Shown piece by piece: positions 7,968-17,599 of a DNA stretch of 30,596 nucleotides. Every line of letters starts with the position of its first letter. Position 1 is the stretch's first letter. The notes under the pieces are model-generated. The model ran no database searches and was not told the DNA's origin. It saw nothing but the letters and a program-made list of their open reading frames with translations. Both the position numbers and the translations under genes were made by a program. Source of the stretch: an uncultured archaeon (lineage in GTDB: Archaea > Asgardarchaeota > Baldrarchaeia > Baldrarchaeales > DXJG01); the NCBI GenBank assembly GCA_964476035.1, contig CAYYZD010000002.1:1-30596 (forward strand). The letters are read 5' to 3'.

Positions 7968-8168
7968 ATGCTAATTTATGAGATTGAAGCTCTATATAGA
8001 ATCCTAAGAAAAACTGTGAAGATTTTGGAGGAAGGCTATGAGCGTATTCCTAGTAGGTTTAATGCTAAGAACTATGTCTTTCGTTCTTTGCAAAATTTAA
8101 AAAGCGCAGAGAAAATTGCTACAAATATTTGGAGGAAAATATTTGAGCAGGAGAATTCCAGCTGTTAA
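7968..8168 (+). CDS. Small hypothetical protein (66 aa)
   Basis: Fills the gap between tfs and the RPA14-like gene; amphipathic helical character. Confidence 0.55.
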   Translation: MLIYEIEALYRILRKTVKILEEGYERIPSRFNAKNYVFRSLQNLKSAEKIATNIWRKIFEQENSSC

Positions 8169-8481
8169 TAGGAGGATAAGTGAGATAAAGCTTGAAGATA
8201 GGCGTGTTAGAATAGTTGGTATGGTGGTAGAGTCTAGACCTGGTATGTGTATTCTGGATGATGGCAGTGGTAGTGTTAAAGTTCGAACATCCCATAAATT
8301 ACATGCTGGAAAGTTAATAAGGGTGATAGGGCAAGTTTCTATAAGAACAGATGGCGAGATTGAAATAGATGCCGAATTACTTCAGGATATGGATAAATTA
8401 AAATTTGATCTTTATAAAGAAGTATATAGTTTGAAAAAGAAGTTTAAAAATGTTCAAGCTAAACATTTAGAGGAGGGATAA
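8143..8481 (+). CDS. Single OB-fold protein, RPA14/RPA3-like subunit of replication protein A (track start 8116; TTG 8143 has a GGAGGA RBS)
   Basis: RRIPAVNRRISEI...RVRIVG.V...LDDGSG...GKLIRVIG...IDAELLQD resembles Thermococcales RPA14 as I recall it. Confidence 0.75.
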   Translation: MSRRIPAVNRRISEIKLEDRRVRIVGMVVESRPGMCILDDGSGSVKVRTSHKLHAGKLIRVIGQVSIRTDGEIEIDAELLQDMDKLKFDLYKEVYSLKKKFKNVQAKHLEEG

Positions 8482-8484
8482 ATT

Positions 8485-9237
8485 GTGTTTAGGGCAGTAC
8501 TTTCAGATGCAAAAACTTGGACCTACATAGTTGATGCATTGTCAACTCTCGTTGACGAAGCAAATTTTGTTGCTAAGCCAGATGGGCTAAGTATGAGAGC
8601 TATGGATCCATCGCATGTTGCTATGGTGGATTTTGCATTACCGAGCGATGCATTTGATGAATATGAATGTGATCAAGAAACTCTGCTAGGCGTAAATCTT
8701 GATGAAATGAAGAAAGTTATGAGGAGGGCGAGGAGCGGAGATACTTTGGAAATGATCTACGAAGAAGTAGAAAAAAGACTTAAACTAAAATTAAGAGGGA
8801 AAACCGTAAGAACTTTCAGTATTCACTTACTTGACATTACTGCTGAAGAATTACCTGAACCGTCCGTGGAATTTAAAGCGTTCGCTATTGTTACAGCTGA
8901 TGCTCTACAAGAAGCTGTAAAAGATGCTGCAGTTACTAGTGATCACGTGAAAATTACAATTCAACCCGATAAGGTAACCTTTAGGGCTGTAGGCGATCTT
9001 GGAGAAGTTGTAGTAGAAATGGGCAAAGATTCTGAAGCGCTTCTTGACGTTCAAACCTCAGAAGAAGCTTCTGCAACATACACTCTAAATTACCTTGCTG
9101 ATATGATGAAGGTCGCAAAAGCTGCTGATACTGTAAAACTTCAACTTTCTACGGATATGCCTCTTCGGATGGATTTTAACCTTCCTGGTGGAGGTAGGGT
9201 AAGCTACTTCTTAGCTCCAAGAATCGAAGGCGAATAG
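8485..9237 (+). CDS. pcn: DNA polymerase sliding clamp PCNA
   Basis: AMDPSHVAMV, LGVNL..MKK, YFLAPRIE motifs; 250 aa. Confidence 0.97.
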   Translation: MFRAVLSDAKTWTYIVDALSTLVDEANFVAKPDGLSMRAMDPSHVAMVDFALPSDAFDEYECDQETLLGVNLDEMKKVMRRARSGDTLEMIYEEVEKRLKLKLRGKTVRTFSIHLLDITAEELPEPSVEFKAFAIVTADALQEAVKDAAVTSDHVKITIQPDKVTFRAVGDLGEVVVEMGKDSEALLDVQTSEEASATYTLNYLADMMKVAKAADTVKLQLSTDMPLRMDFNLPGGGRVSYFLAPRIEGE

Positions 9238-9286
9238 TTCTTAGGAAAGTTTTAAAATTGAAACCATTTATTTCATTTGATGTAGT

Positions 9287-10345
9287 ATGTTGACTAAAGA
9301 AGATTTAGCTAAGTACCCAAGTATTGAACTTGCACGGGAATATGTTAAACAATTTAATATTGATGTTGCGACTTTAGCTGATGAACTTCCAGGTGTTGCA
9401 AATAGAGCATATCAAATACTTAAAGATATTATTACGAGAGGAATTTACACTTATGTTTCCAGCGATGTTGAAACCGAAATTTTGGCATTCCCTGTTGTTA
9501 GACTTTTTATAGATGTTATTGGTGATGAATGGCTTAGACGTCGATTTGCTGTTGCTTTTTCGAAGAGAGTTGGTCGATTTTTGCAGGGAGAAAGCAATGA
9601 TAAAATATTGGAAATTGCGAAAACGCCCGGTAACGTAAGTGAGAGTGGTTGGGATTTGATATATGAGGTAAAGAGGATAGGTATTAAGTATTATGAATGG
9701 AAGCTACATTTCAAAGATTACCTAAGTGTCGCGGTTCATTTTCACGACATAGCATGGAAAATGTGTAATCATCCGGTTGCAAATGGTTATGTTAGATTAA
9801 CTAAACGTGAACTAGCTAGATTAATGGCAGAAGCCTTTAAAGAAAGAGTATTAGAAAGAAAGATTCCGAAAAGATTCATAGAGCTACCGGAAAAAATGAT
9901 GTCAATTATTAGGAAAATAGAAGAGTTAGTTAGAGAGTATAAGAAGGAAGTTATAAGAGAGGTTCCAATAAGAGTTGAAGTGTCAGGGGGTATTTACCCT
10001 CCATGTGTACAGTTTATTCTTGAGCGAACCGAAAAGGGGGAAAATCTGAGCCATGTAGAGAGATTATTTCTTATGTTTTTTATGTTAAATATCGGGAAAG
10101 GGGAAGAAGAAATCGTGAATTTGTTTCGAAAGATGCCAGATTTCAGTGAAGAAAGGACAAGATACTATGTTAGACATGCCAGAAACAAGGGTTATACAGC
10201 TCATAATTGTGATACATTAAAAACCTATGGGATTTGTAGACCTGCACATAGGTGGTGTTCTGAAGGGAAAATCAAAAATCCGCTTATATTTTATAACAGA
10301 ATGTTGTATGCCCGTGGAAAGAGGCGTAGTGAAAGTGAAGAATGA
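9287..10345 (+). CDS. priL: DNA primase large subunit PriL with C-terminal [4Fe-4S] domain
   Basis: YPPCVQ, GENLSHVER, F...PDF.EERTRY, NC..LK..GIC...C...KNPL.FY (four Cys). Confidence 0.92.
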   Translation: MLTKEDLAKYPSIELAREYVKQFNIDVATLADELPGVANRAYQILKDIITRGIYTYVSSDVETEILAFPVVRLFIDVIGDEWLRRRFAVAFSKRVGRFLQGESNDKILEIAKTPGNVSESGWDLIYEVKRIGIKYYEWKLHFKDYLSVAVHFHDIAWKMCNHPVANGYVRLTKRELARLMAEAFKERVLERKIPKRFIELPEKMMSIIRKIEELVREYKKEVIREVPIRVEVSGGIYPPCVQFILERTEKGENLSHVERLFLMFFMLNIGKGEEEIVNLFRKMPDFSEERTRYYVRHARNKGYTAHNCDTLKTYGICRPAHRWCSEGKIKNPLIFYNRMLYARGKRRSESEE

Positions 10346-11585
10346 AGCCAAAACGATCTTACTTTTGAAAAGTCTCTTTGGGGCTTATTACAGAGAGAAC
10401 GACATACCGCCACCTCCTCAATTTAGTAAAAGGGAGTTCGGTTTTATGCTCTGGGATAAAGAAGGAATGATCAGACATAAAACCTTCTATAACAGAACGG
10501 AGTTTCTAGCCTTTCTCAGAAAAAATGCGCCGAAAAATGCTTACAGATCTGCAGCCTATTATTTAGATCCTGAAGCTCAAAGCATGGAAGGGAAGGGTTG
10601 GGTAGGTGCTGACCTGATATTTGACATTGATGCTGATCATCTGATCACATCTTGCAAAGAAGTTCACGATAGATGGATATGCATAGATTGTGGAATCAGA
10701 GGTACGGGGAAAAAACCTGCCCAATGTCCAAGTTGTAAATCAACAAGAATTGATGAAGTGTCATGGATATGTGATCAATGTCTTAATTCCGCGAAAGAAG
10801 AGGTTTTTAAACTTTTAGATTTTCTCTTCGACGATTTTGGCGTTTCAGAAAAGGAAGTTAAGGTTGTATATTCTGGACACCGTGGTTATCATGTGCACGT
10901 AGATAATGAGACCGTAAGGGAATTAAGTAGCGATGGGCGACGAGAAATTATTAATTATATAACTGGAACTGGGATAAAAGTAGAGAATTTAGGTTTAATT
11001 GAAGTCTCTGCTGATGGACGTAAATTTCTCATCGGTCCCGATTTGACCAGTGAAGGTTGGGGGAAACGTTTAGTTAAATCCATAATCAGAATGTTTTCAA
11101 GCTCTGATCTAGAAGATACCTTAAGAAGTATTAGTATACCGGAGAGAAAAATCAAAATATTGTTGGCTAATAGGGAAAGACTTGTAGACGCATTAAGTTC
11201 AACTCCCTCAAAATGGGATTTTTTACATGGTATAGGTATTTCTATTTGGGAAAAAATCGCTTTAGCGGCCATAAAAAGAATGGCTGCTCAAGTGGACGAG
11301 CCTGTGAGCGTAGATGTTCATAGACTTATTAGACTTGAATATAGTTTACATGGTTCAACTGGTTTTAAAGTAACTCCGATTTCGGTTACAGATTTAGAAC
11401 GCTTTGATCCATTTAAAGATGCAATTGTTTTTAAAGGTGAAAAGGAAGTAATTTTTAGGGAATATTGTCCAGAGTTTAGAATAGGGGATGAACTTTTTGG
11501 ACCCTATCAACAGGGGGAAAAAGTAGAATTACCCCTTCCTGCCGTTGTGTTTACGCTTGCTAAAGATGTTGCGGAGCTACCATAA
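10329..11585 (+). CDS. priS: DNA primase small (catalytic) subunit PriS (track start 10227; GTG 10329 or 10335 more likely)
   Basis: REFGF, FDIDAD catalytic motif, YSGHRGYHVHV, DVHRLIRLEYSLHGSTG. Confidence 0.95.
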   Translation: MKVKNEAKTILLLKSLFGAYYRENDIPPPPQFSKREFGFMLWDKEGMIRHKTFYNRTEFLAFLRKNAPKNAYRSAAYYLDPEAQSMEGKGWVGADLIFDIDADHLITSCKEVHDRWICIDCGIRGTGKKPAQCPSCKSTRIDEVSWICDQCLNSAKEEVFKLLDFLFDDFGVSEKEVKVVYSGHRGYHVHVDNETVRELSSDGRREIINYITGTGIKVENLGLIEVSADGRKFLIGPDLTSEGWGKRLVKSIIRMFSSSDLEDTLRSISIPERKIKILLANRERLVDALSSTPSKWDFLHGIGISIWEKIALAAIKRMAAQVDEPVSVDVHRLIRLEYSLHGSTGFKVTPISVTDLERFDPFKDAIVFKGEKEVIFREYCPEFRIGDELFGPYQQGEKVELPLPAVVFTLAKDVAELP

Positions 11586-12170
11586 ATGGATTACGAAAAG
11601 CTGTTCTCGATATGGCTTAAAGAAAATGAGGAGGAAGAGTTGCAAGACCTACCTCCGGACTTTTATAGAGAAGTAAGTAGATACATCAGCGAGCTTAAAG
11701 CAGGACTAAATTATGAGAATTTAAATAGTATTGAATTGAAAGTCATTGAATTAGAATTAGAAAACATACAGTTCATCATTAAAGACTTGTGCAGTTTACG
11801 CTTAGAAAAAATTCTAAGAAATATCTTAAAGAGAAAAGAACAATTCGAAAGTAAGTTGAATCCAGACGAAAAGAAATTTTTTAACCCCTTAATGGATGCT
11901 TTAAGGAATTTTTATTCATTTATCTCTCGTACTCTTGAAGGGAAAGCTCTTGAAATAAAAGAAACTATAAGAGAGAGCAAAATAAAAACATTAGAAAGCG
12001 AAAGAGTTGCCGTGAGAATTCTTGAAAATCTGCCAGCTATTGTTGGAACTGATATGAAAGTATATGGACCTTTCAAGAAGGGAGATATTGTGGTGTTACC
12101 GAGGAAAAACTCTGAAACCCTAATAAGGAAAAAAATGGCTAAAATTATAGACGTGCGTATTATTACGTAA
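11586..12170 (+). CDS. gins51: GINS complex subunit Gins51 (Gins15)
   Basis: LQDLPPDFY, R..KI A-domain, C-terminal B-domain IVG.DMKVYGPFKKGDIV.LP; directly follows priS. Confidence 0.88.
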   Translation: MDYEKLFSIWLKENEEEELQDLPPDFYREVSRYISELKAGLNYENLNSIELKVIELELENIQFIIKDLCSLRLEKILRNILKRKEQFESKLNPDEKKFFNPLMDALRNFYSFISRTLEGKALEIKETIRESKIKTLESERVAVRILENLPAIVGTDMKVYGPFKKGDIVVLPRKNSETLIRKKMAKIIDVRIIT

Positions 12171-12291
12171 AGGGGATAACTTTATAGGTACCATGTTTTT
12201 GATTTCCTTACCTTAGGCAGTTAATGGGATAAGGTTAAAAGGGGAAACTCGCTGTGAAGTATGTAACTTTTAGGTACATGAGGCGATTTAA

Positions 12292-12567
12292 ATGAAGGTT
12301 CCAAAGCAAATAAGAACATACTGTCCGAAATGTAACACGTACACTATTCACTCGGTGTCACTCTACAAGAAGGGAGCTGAGAGAGAATTATCCCAAGGTC
12401 GAAGAAGGTATGAAAGAAAGAAAAAGGGATATGGCTCGCAACCAAAACCAGTGCAGAAAAAATTGGTTAAATCGACTAAGAAACAAACATTAAAGCTCAA
12501 GTGCAGGGAATGCGGGTATATTATTCATAAAAAGGGAATTAGAATTAAAGGCATAGAACTTGTTTAA
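12292..12567 (+). CDS. rpl44e: 50S ribosomal protein L44e
   Basis: RTYCPKC..YTIHSV, GYGSQPKP, KSTKK..LKLKCRECG. Confidence 0.96.
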   Translation: MKVPKQIRTYCPKCNTYTIHSVSLYKKGAERELSQGRRRYERKKKGYGSQPKPVQKKLVKSTKKQTLKLKCRECGYIIHKKGIRIKGIELV

Positions 12568-12668
12568 TTTTATATAAATGTACATAAATCCTCTTTGCCA
12601 TCGATATTTCATAAATTTTAAATAAGAAGTTTCAAGTTTAAAGACTGTTGTAGGATGGAGGACCGTAT

Positions 12669-12866
12669 ATGGGGCGAAAAAATTTATTGATCCCAGAACC
12701 AAGGTCGAGGTTTGTTAAAGTCTCATGTCCAGATTGCGGTAATGAACAGGTCATATTTGGCTGTGCAAGTACCAAAGTTCGATGTTTAGTTTGCAATCGT
12801 ATACTTGCGGTACCCAGTGGAGGTAAGGCAAAAATACAGGCTAAAATCATTAAAGTACTCGGATGA
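12669..12866 (+). CDS. rps27e: 30S ribosomal protein S27e
   Basis: [39 protein letters not shown]. Confidence 0.96.
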   Translation: MGRKNLLIPEPRSRFVKVSCPDCGNEQVIFGCASTKVRCLVCNRILAVPSGGKAKIQAKIIKVLG

Positions 12867-13069
12867 TAAAAGAAATTTAAATTGTAATTTAGCTTTTCCC
12901 TTTACCTAAAAGTAACATATATAGCCACGTTAGCTCCTACATTTTAAAACTGAATTATTGATTTAAGTTGATAACGTTTTTAGCTGCCAGAATCATCTCA
13001 ACATTTTTAAATACTTTTTATAAACGTTGTATCGTTCCCTTAAGGATACCCATATTGGAGGAAGTACTT

Positions 13070-13873
13070 ATGGTTAGGAAAAGACAAGAATGGCCTGAAG
13101 TCGGCGATATAGTAATTGGAACCGTAATTCGTATCGAGCACTATGGAGCTTACGTTAGACTAGACGAATACAACGGTAAAGAAGGCTTCATTCACATTAG
13201 TGAAATCTCGAGCACTTGGGTGCGTAATATCAGAGATTATGTACGAGAAAAGCAAAAAGTGGTTGCTAAAGTTCTAAGAGTAGATAAAACTAGAGGTCAT
13301 ATAGATTTATCCTTAAGGCGAGTAACGGACCAATGGAAGAGACAAAAAATCTCTGAGTGGAAACGAGCTCAAAAAGCTGAAAATCTACTTTTATTAGCAG
13401 CTGAGAAGCTAGGGAAAACTCTTGATGAGGCTTATGAAGAAGCAGGGTGGAAAATGGAGGATGCATTCGGCGAAATATATGCAGGATTTGAAGCTGCATT
13501 GGAAGAAGGACAGGACGCGCTTTTAAAAGCCGGTGTAGATGAAAAATGGGCAAAGGTATTAACTGAATTGGCAAAAATGTACGTGGAGATACCAAAAGTA
13601 AAGATCTCAGGCATACTCACGTTAAGATGTATGAAGCCGAATGGAGTTGAAACAATTAAAAAAACTCTAAAGGAAGCCATGAAAGCTGGTGAAAATATAA
13701 GAAACGGGGTAAAAGTTGATATATATTTAGCTGGAACTCCAAGATGGAGGGTAGAGGTAGAAGCAAAGGACTGGGAAACTGCAGAGGAAGTATTAAAGAA
13801 AGTGATAGATACTGCACTTACTGTAATTAAAGAGGAAGGAGGAGAAGGCGAATTTAAAAGAGAACCTAGGTGA
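13070..13873 (+). CDS. eif2a: Translation initiation factor aIF2 alpha subunit (track start 12968; ATG 13070 has a GGAGG RBS)
   Basis: EWPEVGDIVIGTV, LDEY..KEGFIHISEI.S.WVRNIRD, GHIDLSLRRV. Confidence 0.96.
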   Translation: MVRKRQEWPEVGDIVIGTVIRIEHYGAYVRLDEYNGKEGFIHISEISSTWVRNIRDYVREKQKVVAKVLRVDKTRGHIDLSLRRVTDQWKRQKISEWKRAQKAENLLLLAAEKLGKTLDEAYEEAGWKMEDAFGEIYAGFEAALEEGQDALLKAGVDEKWAKVLTELAKMYVEIPKVKISGILTLRCMKPNGVETIKKTLKEAMKAGENIRNGVKVDIYLAGTPRWRVEVEAKDWETAEEVLKKVIDTALTVIKEEGGEGEFKREPR

Positions 13874-14067
13874 AAACTTTGGGAAAGCTTTTACGTAAAT
13901 GTCAAAAATGCGGAAATTACACGCTAAAACAAGATAAATGCCCGTATTGTGGCGGGCCACTTAAGTCCCCTTATCCGCCTAAATTCTCTCCTCTTGACCC
14001 ATACGGTGAATATAGAAGAAAGCTAAAACGTGAATTAATAAAATATGGGGAAACAAGCAAAAATTGA
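13870..14067 (+). CDS. nop10: H/ACA RNP protein Nop10
   Basis: LRKCQKCGNYTLK..CPYCGG....PYPPKFSP.DPYGEYRRK. Confidence 0.95.
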   Translation: MKTLGKLLRKCQKCGNYTLKQDKCPYCGGPLKSPYPPKFSPLDPYGEYRRKLKRELIKYGETSKN

Positions 14068-14076
14068 GATATAGTT

Positions 14077-17000
14077 TTAATCCAGAACTATAACCCTGGT
14101 TTCTAAGGTATACCCCTTTGCAAAATTAATTGTTATAATTATTATTTTACTACCTATTACCGACGTACAATTGAATACTTTTAGTGTAGTTGAGTTCCCC
14201 GGATATATAATGGTCGACCCATTAAATTCGCAAACTGTACCGTTAATTTTAATTGTTGATATTTCTAGCTGCTCTATGCCAAGGTTTGTAACATTTATAA
14301 TCACTGTTCCATTTGTAAATGCTTTAGCACTAATATTGGCAAAAGGTACCACCGCGACCTTTGTTACTGAAGTTTTGTTCGACCACCGCGGTACAAAGCT
14401 GAAATTGTAATACACTGTAACATTCACTATCTGTGAAACGTTAAGAACAAGACCTGTACTCACCTTTAGTACAGCAGTTTCACCACTACTTAGCGTGGAA
14501 CTTCCACTAACTGTCTCAAAACTGTAAAGAGTTCCATTAACGGCAATGTTACTGATATTCAGCGGCAAATCCATGGGATTAGCAACTGTTATGGTTACGA
14601 CTCCGTTAGTATATGCTGTTGCACTCTTGACGTGAAGAATAAGTGATGGAGTTGGAGCAACGCTGACATTTGCGGTGGTTGTTAATGTTCTGTTTGGGGC
14701 ACCTACTGGATGATAAGTTACGTTTACTGCCACCGTTAGTCCCTTTAGTTTTGAAGTTTCGTTGAAACCTAGGTCTATTACAAAAACCGATTCCTCTTGC
14801 GGGAAAATCGCTAATGAACCATTAAATATATTAAAAACAGTCTCTGTTGAGTTTATTTTAATAGAATCAACTGTAACTGGATAGCCTCCAATATTTTTAA
14901 CCCGAATAAAGCCTATACCGTTATCATAAACTATAGACCTTGTTTCATCGATATCAAGAGATATCTGAGGAGTTTCAAGAATATTGGCGTTTACGGATTT
15001 ATAAATTCTGTAGCCAGGATACTCCGGAACATCTGCTATAACTTTAATTGATACATTATCACCAATAAACCATTTTTTTCCAGTATTAACGAAAAGATCG
15101 ATTGCTTCTTTTGGTTTTAGTGTTTGTTCGTCACCTATAATCTCAAAGCTATATGTTTTACCATCTATATAAACCTTTGAGAGAGAAATTTCATGAATGC
15201 CTGTATTATTGACTTTTATAATAAACAGTCCATTAGCATACGGATTAACCTCTACTATTTCCATCCTTGCTTCCAATATGCTATAGTTCACCTCGTATAT
15301 CTTAACAAATCGGTTACTCGAAAAGTAAGCTGGCTTAAATATTTTCTCGAAAAGCGTCCAGTGTCCCGGATCGACAATTAAAGTTAAGTATCCGTAGGGA
15401 TCCGAGCGGTAAAACAGGTACTTGTCAGCCAAATTATTTCTTTGTATGAAATCTATCAAGTATCCGCAATACCTACTACTACGATCAGGTTCCCCGTAGA
15501 AAAGCATTTTATAGATTGTAGAGTTAAGTAGTGTTCCAGTTGGATTGGTGATTTCTCCGTAAAGACTTTCATTTATTAGCTCTGGGAAATGGTCCTCCGC
15601 GATTCTAACCATCCATGGCCACTTAAACTCGTCACCACCAAGTCCTTGGTAGCAGTATCCGAAAAAGACAAGCACATGCGTTACGTTGTATCGTTTGTAG
15701 ATCTTTACCGCTTCTGTTTCATTTAGCGCAAATGCTGCCCCCATCCATGCGATTTGTGTACTGTTAAGGGTTGCATTGTCAACCAGTGTTGTTTTGTTGG
15801 CCACGGTGTTTATCCAATATCCATAGTCCCACCAAGAAGCTACTATCGCATCTTCTGGTAGATTATATCGCATCCACATAAGAGTTTCTTGCCAATCTGG
15901 CTCCCCGTTAGGTAACATTTCTACCCCGGCCATGTATTTTGACGAAACATAGGCCCCATAATATGTTGTTATGATAAGTAATGATGCGATGAAAATTAGA
16001 GTTATAATCGTATATTCTGTGCCGACAATACCTGAAATCCTCGCTCTTTTCCGTCTTGCCAAAGGCATACCTTCACGTATTTCTGTCAAGACGCCTACAA
16101 ATGGAGAGAGGATTTGATCGATGGCATATGCTGAAAGAAGACAGACTACTGGCGAAAGTATTAATACTAATCTTATCATTGATCCAGCAAAGTATGTGGC
16201 CGTTAACCCCAGAACTATAAGAAAGATGTCTTCATTTCTTAAACGTTTAAACGAAAAATATATTCCAAGTGGATATATAAACAAGAGAATGTGTAGATTG
16301 AAGTAGAATTCAGACCATGAAGTGGCTGCATGCTCTGCTACTGAAGCTATTATACGCGCTTTTTCCCTATATAAAGGATTTAATACCGTCAAGAATTTTC
16401 CACTTATAGGCTTTATATATTTCTCCAGGATTTCAACAAAAGAAAATCCAGTATACCATGAATATGTAAAAACGAAAGATACCATTACAGCGAAGGTCAA
16501 AATTATGTACCCTAGAATTCTTCTTTGAATCTTAACCTCTATAATTCGTTTAGCTACTGATGAATTATACACCGTTGGAATTGCTTCATAAATAAATAAC
16601 AATATTAGCATAGCTAGGGCTGGAAGCAGATCAGTTTTAGTTAATATAGCTGGTCCGAGTCTTGGTACCCTTGTAGCTATAAGGAAACCAATGCTTATCG
16701 TTGTAGTATAAGATAAAAGAAGTGATCTGGAATATCTATGCGAAATGAGAAGTAAGAACGCATAAACAGCTAGTAAACCATACACATACACATATGCTCC
16801 CCATGATGCCGATAAATATCCAAGAACGAGCCCCGCAATAACCCCTGAAAGTATTGACTCCCTTTTTAATGATCTTATAAAGAAATATAGAGTCGCTATT
16901 ATTAGTAAAATGCCTATTGCTTCGTTGTCGTAAAAACCTGCAGTTGTACGTTGAACATATCCTGGTACAAATGCAAGGAAGAAAGCTGCAAGTAATCCCG

Positions 17001-17475
17001 CCTTCGTACTATCACTTATCTCCTTAGCGAGGAAAAACATGGCAATTGATGCTAAAGCTCCCATAAATGCTGGGAAAAAGAAACAAAGAACTGTTGGATC
17101 TATTTCGATCCCCAAAAACTTAAGTATGAAGTATAGAGTTGCTGTTGTCCATGGTATTCCTGGGAAAGATGTTTTAGGCATATTACGGCCATAGGGGTAC
17201 CATGTTGAAATGTTCGGAGGTTTCTCTATCCAATTAAACCAAGCTGAAAAACCATGAGTTATAATGTATAAGGTTGATTTTAGTTGAAAATATGGATCAT
17301 ACGCCTTAAGTATTGCTCCGTACGAGAAATATGGATAAATTCTTATTAATAGGGCAAAAAAGAATACTAGAGTAAGTGAGAAATACAGGATTAGTTTATC
17401 CTTTCTAATTTTTGCTTTAGGTATGGTAATCAATGATTTTAATGAACTTCCAAGCTTCTTTAGTTTTTCGGCCAT
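14077..17475 (-). CDS. aglB: Oligosaccharyltransferase AglB/STT3 with four extra C-terminal beta-sandwich repeats
   Basis: Multi-TM N-terminus; YDPYF, GFYDNE, SVAEH, WWDYG and DNAT motifs; 1132 aa. Confidence 0.95.
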   Translation of the reverse strand: MAEKLKKLGSSLKSLITIPKAKIRKDKLILYFSLTLVFFFALLIRIYPYFSYGAILKAYDPYFQLKSTLYIITHGFSAWFNWIEKPPNISTWYPYGRNMPKTSFPGIPWTTATLYFILKFLGIEIDPTVLCFFFPAFMGALASIAMFFLAKEISDSTKAGLLAAFFLAFVPGYVQRTTAGFYDNEAIGILLIIATLYFFIRSLKRESILSGVIAGLVLGYLSASWGAYVYVYGLLAVYAFLLLISHRYSRSLLLSYTTTISIGFLIATRVPRLGPAILTKTDLLPALAMLILLFIYEAIPTVYNSSVAKRIIEVKIQRRILGYIILTFAVMVSFVFTYSWYTGFSFVEILEKYIKPISGKFLTVLNPLYREKARIIASVAEHAATSWSEFYFNLHILLFIYPLGIYFSFKRLRNEDIFLIVLGLTATYFAGSMIRLVLILSPVVCLLSAYAIDQILSPFVGVLTEIREGMPLARRKRARISGIVGTEYTIITLIFIASLLIITTYYGAYVSSKYMAGVEMLPNGEPDWQETLMWMRYNLPEDAIVASWWDYGYWINTVANKTTLVDNATLNSTQIAWMGAAFALNETEAVKIYKRYNVTHVLVFFGYCYQGLGGDEFKWPWMVRIAEDHFPELINESLYGEITNPTGTLLNSTIYKMLFYGEPDRSSRYCGYLIDFIQRNNLADKYLFYRSDPYGYLTLIVDPGHWTLFEKIFKPAYFSSNRFVKIYEVNYSILEARMEIVEVNPYANGLFIIKVNNTGIHEISLSKVYIDGKTYSFEIIGDEQTLKPKEAIDLFVNTGKKWFIGDNVSIKVIADVPEYPGYRIYKSVNANILETPQISLDIDETRSIVYDNGIGFIRVKNIGGYPVTVDSIKINSTETVFNIFNGSLAIFPQEESVFVIDLGFNETSKLKGLTVAVNVTYHPVGAPNRTLTTTANVSVAPTPSLILHVKSATAYTNGVVTITVANPMDLPLNISNIAVNGTLYSFETVSGSSTLSSGETAVLKVSTGLVLNVSQIVNVTVYYNFSFVPRWSNKTSVTKVAVVPFANISAKAFTNGTVIINVTNLGIEQLEISTIKINGTVCEFNGSTIIYPGNSTTLKVFNCTSVIGSKIIIITINFAKGYTLETRVIVLD
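14080..15270 (-). repeat. Four degenerate ~90-105 aa protein-level tandem repeats at the AglB C-terminus
   Basis: Repeat cores PYANGLFIIKVNNTG, VYDNGIGFIRVKNIG, AYTNGVVTITVANPM, AFTNGTVIINVTNLG, each followed by i..i.iNG/DG and l.P.E-like segments. Confidence 0.75.
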
Positions 17476-17599
17476 CTTAACCCGGCCTCGGTAAATGTTA
17501 ATTTACGTGTCGAAACTAAACTAATTTAACACTTATTAAAAATTTCTGATTCATCTACTAGCAATGATTAGTTATAAAGAAGAAGGGAGATATGAAACT

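Noticed and set aside
7617-8168. tfs and the downstream 66-aa ORF are in the same frame, separated by TAG TAG plus three codons; possible read-through fusion
   Set aside because: TFS already ends at its canonical W-x-x-Y C-terminus, a double stop argues for termination, and the same frame occurs by chance one time in three.
10227-13069. Long N-terminal extensions of priS (10227) and aIF2-alpha (12968) given by the track
   Set aside because: The priS extension overlaps priL and the aIF2-alpha extension spans AT-rich promoter DNA; downstream starts match family N-termini and RBS positions.
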